DNA from: Candidatus Spongiisociaceae bacterium
Lineage (GTDB): Bacteria > Actinomycetota > Acidimicrobiia > Spongiisociales > Spongiisociaceae
Assembly (NCBI GenBank): GCA_965202665.1
Contig: OZ241841.1
Location: forward strand, 1,024,001 to 1,088,000
DNA length: 64,000 nucleotides
Direction: 5' to 3'
The notes below the pieces were generated by a model. That model searched no databases. It was given only the letters and a program-made list of their open reading frames with translations, and was not told where the DNA came from. The position numbers were made by a program, and so were the translations under genes. Below, piece after piece: positions 18,864-28,244 of this stretch; position 1 is the first letter of the stretch; each line of letters starts with the position of its first letter.

Positions 18864-19550
18864 GGGGGCCGTCAATGCCGATAATACATCGGCCTGCGCA
18901 AAGCCCGCGGAACTGAAGCGGTGAGCGAGGGTTTAGGCGCAAAAGGGTTACGGATGGAACCGGTCCCGCCTTTCGGTTAGGGCCCTTGCCTTGCCCCCGC
19001 CGGACGCTTCATCTCAACAATTGGGAAGATTGTCCAGATTGTTGCGAAGGGACTGATCGTCCCTGGTGGTCAGGTATTTCCCATATCGGGGATGCCGCAC
19101 AACACGGACATCCGCCCGAGATGCGCCATCCCGGGTGTAGTACGTGTGCACCCTGTTCTCGATATGAGAAATAGCATCGGCTTTCGTTACCGAGCCGTAA
19201 CCCGGCCCGCACAGCCTGGTTATGTCCCCATCCGAATTTTTACCAGACCTCGTAACTTGCCTATAAGCCATATCTTTCACCTCCCTTCTCTCACCCATTA
19301 CCGCTGGCACTACCCGTTTCGGCTACCCACTCGCACCCCTAGGTCTAGGCGATGCGGCCACCGCGACCACCCACGATTACAGCACCCTACCCACTGGTTT
19401 GGGGCCAGCCTTCGGCCTGACCAACCACTTGCCGCAAGCCAGGCTCCGGAAGCGGAGCGCATCGAGCCCAGCCGCCGCCGGGAACGCCATGGTAATCATA
19501 GTGGTCGGCACCGGCGGCTGGACGGGGGCCGTCAATGCCGATAATACATC
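18864..19550. repeat. 27-bp perfect direct repeat (htpX 3' end) flanking the DUF3892 cassette
   Basis: GGGGGCCGTCAATGCCGATAATACATC at 18864-18890 and 19524-19550. Confidence 0.92.
19014..19271 (-). CDS. DUF3892-like small protein
   Basis: KADAISHIENRVHTYYT..GKYLTTRDDQSLRNNLDNLPNC; GGAGG RBS upstream. Confidence 0.8.
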   Translation of the reverse strand: MAYRQVTRSGKNSDGDITRLCGPGYGSVTKADAISHIENRVHTYYTRDGASRADVRVVRHPRYGKYLTTRDDQSLRNNLDNLPNC

Positions 19551-20395
19551 TCCTCCAAGCGGCGGATGCGGTCTTCGATGGGCGGATGGGTGGCGAACAT
19601 GCGTCCGAAGACCCCCTGCCGTCCCCCCGCCCGCCGCCCGAAGGCTTTCAGCGGATCGTCTATGAACAGGGGGCTGACGGTGGGGTTGACCTCCATGGGG
19701 GTGCGCTTGGTGGCCGAACCAATTTTGTCCAAAGCCCGGGCCAGGCTGAGAGGCTGGCCGGTCATCTCCGCCCCGGTGGCGTCCGCCTGGTATTCCCGGG
19801 AGCGGGAGATGGCCATGCGGATGATTATGCCCGCAACGGGGGCCAGAATCATGGCAGCGATGGTCAGAATCAGGTTGGCGACGTTGCGGTCCCGGCCCCC
19901 GCCGAACCAGAAGGCCATCCGGGCGAAGATGGTGAGGGCGGCGGCCAGCATGGCGGCGATGGAGGAAATGAGGATGTCCCGGTTGCGGATGTGGGACAGT
20001 TCGTGGGCCAGCACCCCTTCCAGTTCGTCCTGGGTCATTATTTCCAGGATGCCGGTGGTGACCGCCACCGCCGCATGCTTGGGACTGCGCCCGGTGGCGA
20101 AAGCGTTGGGCTGGGGGGAGTCGATGAGGTGGATGGACGGCATCGGCATGTCGGACAAGGCGGACAGGTGGCGGATGGTGGAGTAGAGGCCGGGCTGTTC
20201 GTTCTCCGCCACCGGCCGGGCTTTGCTGGCCCGCAGAGCCAACCGGTCGGAGAAGAAGTAAACCAACAGGTTGATGCCCACCGCCAAAGCCAACCCGATG
20301 ATGATCCCCCGCACCCCCCGAAACAGGAGCACCCCCAGCATCCAAACCAGGGCGCTCATAAAGCTCAACAGAGCCACCGTCTTAAGATTGTTCAT
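19532..20395 (-). CDS. htpX: Zinc metalloprotease HtpX (M48)
   Basis: PQPNAFATGR, LAHELSHI, SRSREYQAD, FATHPPIEDRI. Confidence 0.95.
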   Translation of the reverse strand: MNNLKTVALLSFMSALVWMLGVLLFRGVRGIIIGLALAVGINLLVYFFSDRLALRASKARPVAENEQPGLYSTIRHLSALSDMPMPSIHLIDSPQPNAFATGRSPKHAAVAVTTGILEIMTQDELEGVLAHELSHIRNRDILISSIAAMLAAALTIFARMAFWFGGGRDRNVANLILTIAAMILAPVAGIIIRMAISRSREYQADATGAEMTGQPLSLARALDKIGSATKRTPMEVNPTVSPLFIDDPLKAFGRRAGGRQGVFGRMFATHPPIEDRIRRLEEMYYRH

Positions 20396-20442
20396 AACCC
20401 CATTCTACAACCCCCGCCCCCCAACCGAAACCGGCCCCTCCG

Positions 20443-20967
20443 CTAACCGGCCTCCCGCTTTTTCGACTCCGGCTTAATCGGAATGCCGAAATGCTCCAAA
20501 AACTCCCGGGTCCGCATCCAGCCAAGCCCCAACCGGCCGCAAGCGGAAGCAACGGAGATATGAGAGTCCTTGTCCCCTGTGTCCTCGGTCACGATGCAAA
20601 CCGCGAGCCCCTCAGATTGAAGTTGCAAGGCGAGCGCCAAAACCCACGGGTCAGCATCATCTCTCTTTTTGCTCGGATCCACCACCTCACCGGCCACGGC
20701 CATCACGCGTTTCATATATCGATCATCAGGTCTGAGAGTATGTCGTAATTTTGCCCGCATCCCCGGGGCCCAAGCACCGGGCAGATCGGGATGGTCAGTG
20801 GTGGTTATTTCGTCGATCACCTGACGCGGCATGGCGATACGACCCTCCTCCACCCTTTTCTCAAGTAATTTGAACGCCTCCCACTGACGGTTGATCGAAA
20901 TTAGGTCCTTGGATTCGATGAGGGAAGAGGTATCCAACACCAAGACCTTCACTCCTTCAAGTGCCAA
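20443..20967 (-). CDS. PIN-like DUF4411 family protein
   Basis: LDTSSLI, VIDEI, ADPWVLALA, IVTED; overlaps the upstream XRE-ImmA gene. Confidence 0.8.
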   Translation of the reverse strand: MALEGVKVLVLDTSSLIESKDLISINRQWEAFKLLEKRVEEGRIAMPRQVIDEITTTDHPDLPGAWAPGMRAKLRHTLRPDDRYMKRVMAVAGEVVDPSKKRDDADPWVLALALQLQSEGLAVCIVTEDTGDKDSHISVASACGRLGLGWMRTREFLEHFGIPIKPESKKREAG

Positions 20968-22114
20968 CCAACTCTCCCCTCAGATCCTTCACCTGGCCGG
21001 TAGTCAGCTCCAGGTAATCGGTCAGGTCGCGCTCGTGGAGCCGGCCCCGGTCGGCCGCCGAGAAGAGTATCGCCGGCAACAGCCGTCCGTACTCCGTGAT
21101 CCTCTTGCGGGTGGCTGTCTGCCCCCGGCCGCCGCCCGCGCTGTCCGACCAGTCTTGATTGGGGAACTTGGAGGCCACCGCCCCGTACAGTCCGGCATCG
21201 GCCAATCCGATGGCATGCAACCGGATGGCCATGGCCCGGGCGCTGACCGAAAACCGGTTGGCCAGCCGCCGGGCTGTCTGCGGATCGTCCACTTTGGAAC
21301 CCTCCGCCGCCCCTTGTCGCATCGCTTCCAGACGCAGGCCTTCGGCGGGCAACAGGAAGGAGGCGGCGAACTGCTCACACCATCGTTCGGCGTCCACCTC
21401 TGAATCGCCGGGGCCGACGAACTCCAAGCAAGCGGCGCCCGTCCGCGTCAGCAGATGCCCCGCTTCGTGGAAAAGAGTGAAAATACGGGCGGTCGGGTGA
21501 TAAGCGGTGTTGACCACCGCCGCCGGCGCGTAGTCGTCCCAAATGCTGAAACCCCTGATGCCGTCCTTGCCCATCCTCATCTGGAACACCAGGATTCCGT
21601 TCCTCTCCAACAACCAGCGCCAGTTGCGAAACGACTCATAAGCATCGCGCCAGCCAATCTGCTCATCCGCCGAAACGCCGGACGCCCTGCGCTCCTCCTC
21701 CCCTACCCGGGCCGGGTCTCTTTTTCGTTCAACCGGTTCCAAAGCCACCGGACCGGCGCCGCTGTCCCTTACCACCCAGGAAGTTATCTGCTGCATCCTC
21801 TGGGCTTGCCGAATCTGCCTTAACTCGTCGCGCCCCAGCCGACGGCCATCCGGCCCGGGAGCCCGGCGGAATTTAATGGGGATGCCGGCCTTCACCGGGG
21901 GCTCAGGCAGGTAAAAGATGGCCGACGGACGGCCCAAAACTTGGGCCAGCCTCGCGAACTGCGTGCGACCGGGATAATCTTCCCCGGCCTCCCAGGAACG
22001 AATCTCGGCGACCGGCACCTTCATCCGGTCGGCCAGTTCCTCCTGCGTCAGCCCGTCTTCCTCGCGGGCCCAAGTCAGCACCGACCCGTTGATGGAAACC
22101 AACTGTTTAGCCAT
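20957..22114 (-). CDS. XRE HTH + ImmA/IrrE metallopeptidase
   Basis: N-terminal HTH (LTWAREEDGLTQEELA..WEAG), RIFTLFHEAGHLL (HExxH), ERWCEQFAASFLLP. Confidence 0.9.
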   Translation of the reverse strand: MAKQLVSINGSVLTWAREEDGLTQEELADRMKVPVAEIRSWEAGEDYPGRTQFARLAQVLGRPSAIFYLPEPPVKAGIPIKFRRAPGPDGRRLGRDELRQIRQAQRMQQITSWVVRDSGAGPVALEPVERKRDPARVGEEERRASGVSADEQIGWRDAYESFRNWRWLLERNGILVFQMRMGKDGIRGFSIWDDYAPAAVVNTAYHPTARIFTLFHEAGHLLTRTGAACLEFVGPGDSEVDAERWCEQFAASFLLPAEGLRLEAMRQGAAEGSKVDDPQTARRLANRFSVSARAMAIRLHAIGLADAGLYGAVASKFPNQDWSDSAGGGRGQTATRKRITEYGRLLPAILFSAADRGRLHERDLTDYLELTTGQVKDLRGELVGT

Positions 22115-22301
22115 ATCGCCCTATTTTGGTAGCGAATCCGCCCTCCGGAGCGGGTTTTCCATAATAAACCCCACCCCGTTTTACCGGTGGCGGCGGGCGC
22201 CCAGCGGAGCGCGTCCCGCACACCCCGCCGTCCCGTTTGGTGACCGGCCAGGAGATGGACGGCCTGTGACCCGTATATACTCAGACCGGGAAAGGAGCCC
22301 T

Positions 22302-22676
22302 TTGGACGCACACATGCTGACCACGCTGGGCAGCTCCCTGGTCGTGCTGATTGCAATGCTGGGATCCGCCGCCTACCTGAAGTCCGCCGTCAAACAGGAC
22401 ATCCAACAACTGGGAACCGACACCCAACAGATGCAAACCGACCTCAAAGAAGACGTGCGGCGCATGGGAACCGGCCTCAAAGGGGACATACAACAGATGC
22501 GAACCGACCTCAAAGAAGAAAACCAACAGGTGGGCGCGAGCGTCCGGAGATTGGACGACCGGGTGTGCTTTTTGACCACCGTCATCCAACATCACATGAG
22601 CGACCCGCCCGATGACCTACCGGAAACTTCCGCCCCGCGCTCGCCCGCCCCCGACCGCAACCCTTCCCGAACCTAA
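22302..22676 (+). CDS. Small membrane-anchored coiled-coil protein with 11-aa repeats
   Basis: AAAGGAG RBS, TTG start, hydrophobic N-terminus, repeats MQTDLKEDVRR/MGTGLKGDIQQ/MRTDLKEENQQ. Confidence 0.65.
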   Translation: MDAHMLTTLGSSLVVLIAMLGSAAYLKSAVKQDIQQLGTDTQQMQTDLKEDVRRMGTGLKGDIQQMRTDLKEENQQVGASVRRLDDRVCFLTTVIQHHMSDPPDDLPETSAPRSPAPDRNPSRT

Positions 22677-22957
22677 CCCTCAGAACCACTCCGGCGGCCC
22701 GTCCAGGGCCCGAATCGCCGCCCCGCCTGAACATCCGGCGGCCCCCTGCCGACCGGCCGATGCCCAACCCCGGCGACGGTGAATCGGCTCATGCCCCGTT
22801 GGGCTGAAACCGCCTCTACCGTTGGCAGGAGATCCTTGCCTGCCCTCCCGAATTCGTTTCTCAAAATAAGAGGGAATATTTTTGTCATAGTTAGCGTTAT
22901 AATAAGAATGGACAAACGGCCGCGGGCCGTGTATAATCAAACTAGAAAGGAACCGCC

Positions 22958-23068
22958 ATAGACGCAAACATCCTGACCACCATAGGCAGCATGCTGGCCG
23001 GAATGCTGGGCGTCACCGCCTACCTGAAATCCGACCTGGAAGAAGCCGAGGGCGGCCTCAACTTATGA
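22958..23068 (+). pseudogene. Truncated paralog of the 22302 gene with ATA in place of the start codon
   Basis: AAAGG RBS then (I)DANILTTIGSMLAGMLGVTAYLKSDL..*, matching LDAHMLTTLGSSLV..AAYLKS. Confidence 0.65.
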
Positions 23069-23316
23069 CCAGTCGGGAAACCCCGCCGGTTGGGAAACCC
23101 ATAACCCCGCCCGCCGATAGGTGGGAGGCGCTTATTCAGGAGGCGGTTCAAGAGGGAATCGCCGTCGCGCTGTCCAAGTCGGTTTGGGAGGATATCGCCG
23201 CCCAAGTCCGGAGGGAATACAGCAAAACCGGGATGACCGACCTGCGGGCCGCCATCCGGGCAGCGGTTCGGACCGAACTGCGGAAAGCGGCAGGCGGCCC
23301 CCGAACGGACGAATAA
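23065..23316 (+). CDS. Hypothetical helical protein
   Basis: 83-aa ORF with ATGA overlap to the upstream remnant. Confidence 0.45.
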   Translation: MTSRETPPVGKPITPPADRWEALIQEAVQEGIAVALSKSVWEDIAAQVRREYSKTGMTDLRAAIRAAVRTELRKAAGGPRTDE

Positions 23317-23376
23317 CCGCCGCGCCGCCCGGCCTCGCGGCGGCTTGGGATTCGGCCCGCTCGTTGGCGGCCCCTC

Positions 23377-24456
23377 TTACCGGGCGGGGCGGCGGGCGGC
23401 CAGGACTTGGAAGGCGCCCAGGCCGGAAGGGTCCAACAGGGCCGCCGCCCCGGTGATCCGATCGCGCATTTGCAACCTTTTCAGGGTTTCCCCGGTGCGG
23501 GCCAGTTCCAGTTCCTCCCGCCTCCAAGCGGCGATGCAGGCGGGCAGGCCGTGGCGGGTCAAAAACCGGCGCTGGGTCAGCAACTCGCTTTCCAGGCCGC
23601 GGGCCCGGGCGGCGTCGGCCAGGGCGGTGAAATTCACATCGGCGGTGATGTCGGCTTGGCCGGGGGTTTCCAAAGGATGGGGGCCGGGGCGGTGGGCGCG
23701 GTGGGTGCGCAAAGTTCCCGCCCGGTCGCCGCCCGTCAAATCTTCAGTCGTCCCTCCGTAGTCGATTATCAGAAGGGAACCGGCCGCCAAGCGGTCCGCC
23801 CATTCGGCCAGCCAGTCCCGGGCGGCCAGTTGCGCCACCGCCGTTCCGCCCGGGGGGACATCCCCTGCGTAGGCTTCCAGCCACTCCCCCACCTCCCTCC
23901 GCGCCGGGGCGGCGGTCAGGATTAATTCCCCGTCCTCCTCCCCCACCAGCATTTCCGACCATCCGTCCCGCTCCCGGGCCGCCGCCGCCATCGGCAGGTT
24001 GTCGGCCACTTCGTTGGCGATCACCACCCCCGTCAGCCGGGCGGGGACCTCCGACGGGCTCCAAACTTTTACATGGGGGAGCCGTTCGGCCAGGGCGGCG
24101 CGGGCGGCCGCCGAAACTTCCACCGCCGCCGCCCGGATGGAAACCGACAGGGAAGCCGCCAACGGCTCCAGCAGGGAACCCGAACCGGCCCCGGTTTCCA
24201 CCACCGCGAAGTGGCCCGGCTCCCCCAACCGCCGATGTTCTTCCAGCACATAGCCGGCCAGGGTTTCCCCGAAAGCGGGGCTGACTTCGGGGGAGGTCAC
24301 AAAATCCCCTTCGGGACGGGAACGCACCGGCCCGGCCGTGAAAAACCCGCCCTGCGGGTCGTACAAGGCCGACTCCATGAACCGCTCAAACGGGAGGGGC
24401 CCTTCCCGCCGGATGAGGGAGACGATGCGTTCTTTCACCAGCGGCGCCGTTTCCAA
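23377..24456 (-). CDS. SAM-dependent methyltransferase, MidA/NDUFAF7 family
   Basis: FERFMESALYDPQGGFF, GDFVTSPEVS, VETGAGSG, IIDYG, DITADVNF. Confidence 0.9.
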   Translation of the reverse strand: METAPLVKERIVSLIRREGPLPFERFMESALYDPQGGFFTAGPVRSRPEGDFVTSPEVSPAFGETLAGYVLEEHRRLGEPGHFAVVETGAGSGSLLEPLAASLSVSIRAAAVEVSAAARAALAERLPHVKVWSPSEVPARLTGVVIANEVADNLPMAAAARERDGWSEMLVGEEDGELILTAAPARREVGEWLEAYAGDVPPGGTAVAQLAARDWLAEWADRLAAGSLLIIDYGGTTEDLTGGDRAGTLRTHRAHRPGPHPLETPGQADITADVNFTALADAARARGLESELLTQRRFLTRHGLPACIAAWRREELELARTGETLKRLQMRDRITGAAALLDPSGLGAFQVLAARRPAR

Positions 24457-24469
24457 CCGGGGGCGGGGA

Positions 24470-26428
24470 TCAGGGGACGGGGGCCAGCGCCAGGCCGCCC
24501 AGCGGGGGCAGGGTGAGGGTCAGGGAAGCCGGGTAGCCGTCCCGGCCTTCGGCTACCGCCTCCGCCCGGCCCAGGTTGCCCGTCCCGCTCCCCCCGTATT
24601 GGGCGGCGTCGCTGTTGATTTCCTCCCGCCACGGCCCCGGCGACGGGCACCCCACCCGGTAGCCAGCGCGGGGAACGGGGGTGAAGTTGAGAACCGTCAA
24701 AACCGGGGTTCCGCCCGCCGGGTCGCGCCGCAGGTAGGAGAGGACGGCGTTGTCCCGGTCGGCTGGGTTCACCCAGGCGAATCCCCCGGAGAGGTGGTCG
24801 CCCCCGTGCAGGGCGGGCAGGCGGCGGTAGGCGGCGGCCAAGTCGGAAACCAGCCGCCGCATTCCGGCGTGGGCGGGGTCGTCCAGCAGGCCCCAGTCCA
24901 GGGAACGGTCGTGCCCCCATTCCTCCCGGGCGGCGAATTCTCCTCCCATAAACAGCAGTTTTTTGCCGGGGAGGGTGAACATGTAGGTGAAAAGCAGGCG
25001 CAGGTTGGCGAACGCCCGCCAGTCATCGCCGGGCATTTTGGAAAGGAGCGAACCTTTGCCGTGCGCCGTCTCGTCGTGGCTGAGCGGCAACACGAAGTTT
25101 TCGTTAGCGGCGTAGAGCGCCCGGAACGTCAGCTCTTCGTGGTGGTGGGGGCGGTGGACGGGATCGCGGGCCAGGTAGCGGAGCGTGTCGTGCATCCACC
25201 CCATGTCCCACTTGTAACCGAAGCCCAGGCCGCCGTGATGGACGGGGCGGGACACCCCCGGCCAGGCGGTGGACTCTTCGGCGAAAGTCTCCGTCCCCGG
25301 AAACTCCCGGTAGGCGGCGGCGTTCAGTTCCCGCAGGAAAAGTTGGGCCGCCCGGTTTTCCCGCCCCCCTTCCTCGTTGGGCGTCCACTCCCCTTCCGCC
25401 CGGGAATAGTCCAGGTAGAGCATGGAAGCCACCGCATCCACCCGCAGGCCGTCGATGTGGTAGCGGTCCAGCCAGCACATGGCGGAGGACAGGAGGAAAC
25501 TGCGCACCTCGTGGCGGCCGTAGTTGAAAATGGCCGAACCCCAGTCGGGGTGAATCCCCTGGCGGGGGTCGGCGTGTTCGTAAAGGTGGGTGCCGTCGAA
25601 GCAGAACGGCCCGTGCGGGTCGGTGGCGAAATGGGAGGGAACCCAGTCCAAAATCACCCCCAGCCCCCGCCGGTGGAGGACGTCGATCAGGAACATCAGG
25701 TCTTCGGGGGTTCCGTGGCGGGCGGCGGGGGCGTAAAAACCGGTGGTTTGATACCCCCAGGAGGGCGGGTAGGGATGCTCGGTGACCGGCATCAGTTCCA
25801 CATGGGTGAAACCGAGGTCGGAAACGTAGTCGGCCAGCGGTTCGGCCATCTCCCGGTAGGAGGGGGGGCGGTTCGGATCGCCCGGGGGGCGGCGCCACGA
25901 CCCCAGATGGACTTCGTAGACGGCCACCGGCCGGTCGCGGGCCGCCTGTTCCGCCCGGTTTTCCATCCACTCCCGGTCGCCCCACCGGTAGGAGGAGCGC
26001 CAGATCCGGCTGGCCCGGCCGGGGCCGTCTTCGACGGCGGCCGCGTAAGGGTCGGCTTTCTGGAGGGCTCCGGCGGGATGGCCGGTGACGATGTGGTATT
26101 TGTAGAGATGGCCGGGGCGGGCGGCGGGGACGAACCCTTCCCAGACGCCGCTCATCCCCCGGAGGGTGAGCGGATGGAGGCCGGGGTTCCAGTCGTTCCA
26201 ATCCCCGATCGCCGAAACTCGCCGGGCGTTGGGGGCCCACACCGCAAAATGGGTTCCCGGCCGGGCCGGATCCTGGGAAGGCTGGGCCCCCATTTTTTGG
26301 TAGAGGCGGAGGTGGCGGCCCTCCCCGAACAGCCACAGGTCTTCATCGGACAGCGGAGAGCGGGGCGGGGCGGCCGGCGGGCGGGTAGTCAGGACGGAGG
26401 CCGGTTCCGGGGCGGCGTCGGCCATCAC
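24470..26428 (-). CDS. glgB: 1,4-alpha-glucan branching enzyme
   Basis: FAVWAPNA, YEVHLGSW, SWGYQTTG, DGLRVDAVASM, LSHDE; GTGA overlap with punA stop. Confidence 0.96.
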   Translation of the reverse strand: MMADAAPEPASVLTTRPPAAPPRSPLSDEDLWLFGEGRHLRLYQKMGAQPSQDPARPGTHFAVWAPNARRVSAIGDWNDWNPGLHPLTLRGMSGVWEGFVPAARPGHLYKYHIVTGHPAGALQKADPYAAAVEDGPGRASRIWRSSYRWGDREWMENRAEQAARDRPVAVYEVHLGSWRRPPGDPNRPPSYREMAEPLADYVSDLGFTHVELMPVTEHPYPPSWGYQTTGFYAPAARHGTPEDLMFLIDVLHRRGLGVILDWVPSHFATDPHGPFCFDGTHLYEHADPRQGIHPDWGSAIFNYGRHEVRSFLLSSAMCWLDRYHIDGLRVDAVASMLYLDYSRAEGEWTPNEEGGRENRAAQLFLRELNAAAYREFPGTETFAEESTAWPGVSRPVHHGGLGFGYKWDMGWMHDTLRYLARDPVHRPHHHEELTFRALYAANENFVLPLSHDETAHGKGSLLSKMPGDDWRAFANLRLLFTYMFTLPGKKLLFMGGEFAAREEWGHDRSLDWGLLDDPAHAGMRRLVSDLAAAYRRLPALHGGDHLSGGFAWVNPADRDNAVLSYLRRDPAGGTPVLTVLNFTPVPRAGYRVGCPSPGPWREEINSDAAQYGGSGTGNLGRAEAVAEGRDGYPASLTLTLPPLGGLALAPVP

Positions 26429-27261
26429 AGCCTCGGCAACAGGCAGTCGAACAGGGCTCCGAAGCGACCGGCGGCTTCTGCGGCCGCTTCCATCACTTCT
26501 TCGGCGGACAGCCGCCCGCCGGACAGCCCGGCCGCCCGGTTGGTGCACAGGGAGATGCCCAGCACTTCCGCTCCCATATGGCGGGCGGCGGTGGCTTCGG
26601 GGACGGTGGACATCCCCACCAGCGACGCCCCCAAAGTGACGGCCATCCGGATTTCGGCGGGGGTTTCGAACATCGGCCCGTGCCACCACAGATAAACGCC
26701 TTCTTTAATGGGGACGCCCGTTTCCTCCCCCGCCCGCCGGGCGAGCCGCCGCAGGCGGGGGGCGTAGACGTCGGTCATGTCGGGGAAGCGGGGTCCGAGC
26801 CGTTCGTCGTTGGCCCCGGCCAGCGGGCTGACCCCTGCCAGGTTGATGTGGTCGGTGATGGCCACCAAATCGCCCGGTTCGATTCCTTCCCCGCATCCCC
26901 CGGCGGCGTTGGTGAGAACCACCGTGCGGCACCCGGCCATGACGGCGGCGCGCACCGGAAAAGTTACGGCCTCCGCCGAATGGCCTTCGTAAGCGTGCGC
27001 CCGGCCGGAGAGGAGCAGTATCCGGTTGGGGCCCATTTGTACGGAGTGGGCGGTCCCGGAATGCCCCATAGCCTTGGGGATGGGAAAACCGGGCAGGTCC
27101 CGGTAGGGGACGGAAACGGTTTCCCCAGGGGCGAAGCGGTCCGGGTAGCCGCCCAACCCGGAGCCGAGCACCGCTACCGCATCGTGTTTTTCCACCCCGG
27201 TGCGCTCCGCCAAGACGCGGGCGGCGGCGGTCAGGCGGTCGTACAGGGGGAGCGGTTCCAT
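26425..27261 (-). CDS. punA: Purine-nucleoside phosphorylase (trimeric type)
   Basis: VLGSGLG, GRAHAYEG, GPMFETPAE, VGMSTVPE. Confidence 0.92.
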   Translation of the reverse strand: MEPLPLYDRLTAAARVLAERTGVEKHDAVAVLGSGLGGYPDRFAPGETVSVPYRDLPGFPIPKAMGHSGTAHSVQMGPNRILLLSGRAHAYEGHSAEAVTFPVRAAVMAGCRTVVLTNAAGGCGEGIEPGDLVAITDHINLAGVSPLAGANDERLGPRFPDMTDVYAPRLRRLARRAGEETGVPIKEGVYLWWHGPMFETPAEIRMAVTLGASLVGMSTVPEATAARHMGAEVLGISLCTNRAAGLSGGRLSAEEVMEAAAEAAGRFGALFDCLLPRL

Positions 27262-27265
27262 CGGG

Positions 27266-27988
27266 TTATTCCGCTGTCAGGGCGCCGAGGGCGATGTCAA
27301 CCATTGTTTCCACCGCCTGGCGCACCACCGGGCGGTGCGGGTTGTATTCCCCTTCGCCGGGCCGGAGCGGGTTGCCGTCCACCGCCAGAACGGCCCCGGT
27401 TTCGATGGAGTGGAGGGCGCCCAGCACGAAAAGGGCGGCGCATTCCATTTCCACCGCCAGGGCTCCGGCCCGTTGCCACATCTCCAAGTCGCCGCCCAGC
27501 ACCTCCCCCGGGTAGAAGAGGGCGTGGGTGAGAACCAGACCGGAGTGGACGGCGCTTTCGGCGTCGGCGGCCTCCCGCAACAGGCGGTCGACCACCGACG
27601 GTGAGGCAACTGCCGGAAAAGAGGGGGGAACCATCTGCTGGGTAACCCCGTCTTCCCGAACGGCGGCGGCGGCGACCACCAGATGGCCGTCGTCGACTGA
27701 GGGCTGCAGACCCCCGCAAGTGCCCGCCCGGATGATGCGCCGCGCCCCCGCCCGGCACAGTTCCTCAAAGCAAACGGCCGCCCCCGGAGCCCCCACCCCG
27801 TGCGAAGAAACCGCCACCGGCATCCCCCGATACTCCCCGGCGAAAGTGGCGTATTCCCGAAACCGCCCCAGCATCCGGGCGCCATCCAACCGCCCAGCCG
27901 CCATCTCCGCCCGCGCCGGATCCCCCACCACCAGCACCCGCTCCGGCACCAACCCAACCTCCACCCGCAAAACCGGCGTAAGAGCCAT
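27266..27988 (-). CDS. Nucleoside phosphorylase (DeoD/Udp hexameric family)
   Basis: VVGDPARA, HGVGAPG, IRAGTCG, AVEMECAAL. Confidence 0.88.
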   Translation of the reverse strand: MALTPVLRVEVGLVPERVLVVGDPARAEMAAGRLDGARMLGRFREYATFAGEYRGMPVAVSSHGVGAPGAAVCFEELCRAGARRIIRAGTCGGLQPSVDDGHLVVAAAAVREDGVTQQMVPPSFPAVASPSVVDRLLREAADAESAVHSGLVLTHALFYPGEVLGGDLEMWQRAGALAVEMECAALFVLGALHSIETGAVLAVDGNPLRPGEGEYNPHRPVVRQAVETMVDIALGALTAE

Positions 27989-28244
27989 TTACATCACCTC
28001 CCAAACTCAAGCTTACCACTACACGAGAAATCTACCAACTCCCCACCAATGCAATCTCATCTTTGTCTATCCATCAAATCCCTAACTTTATCCAACTGTT
28101 TTGGCGGAACCCGCTCACTCCGGTAACCTAAGATACTCCCATAAATATTTCACACTCTGCCAAAATCGTCCCAAATATCCAGTCAAGGGCTTCCTAATGT
28201 CGTAGTTTTAAGTGGCATTTGAATACCATAATAAATTGCCTTTC

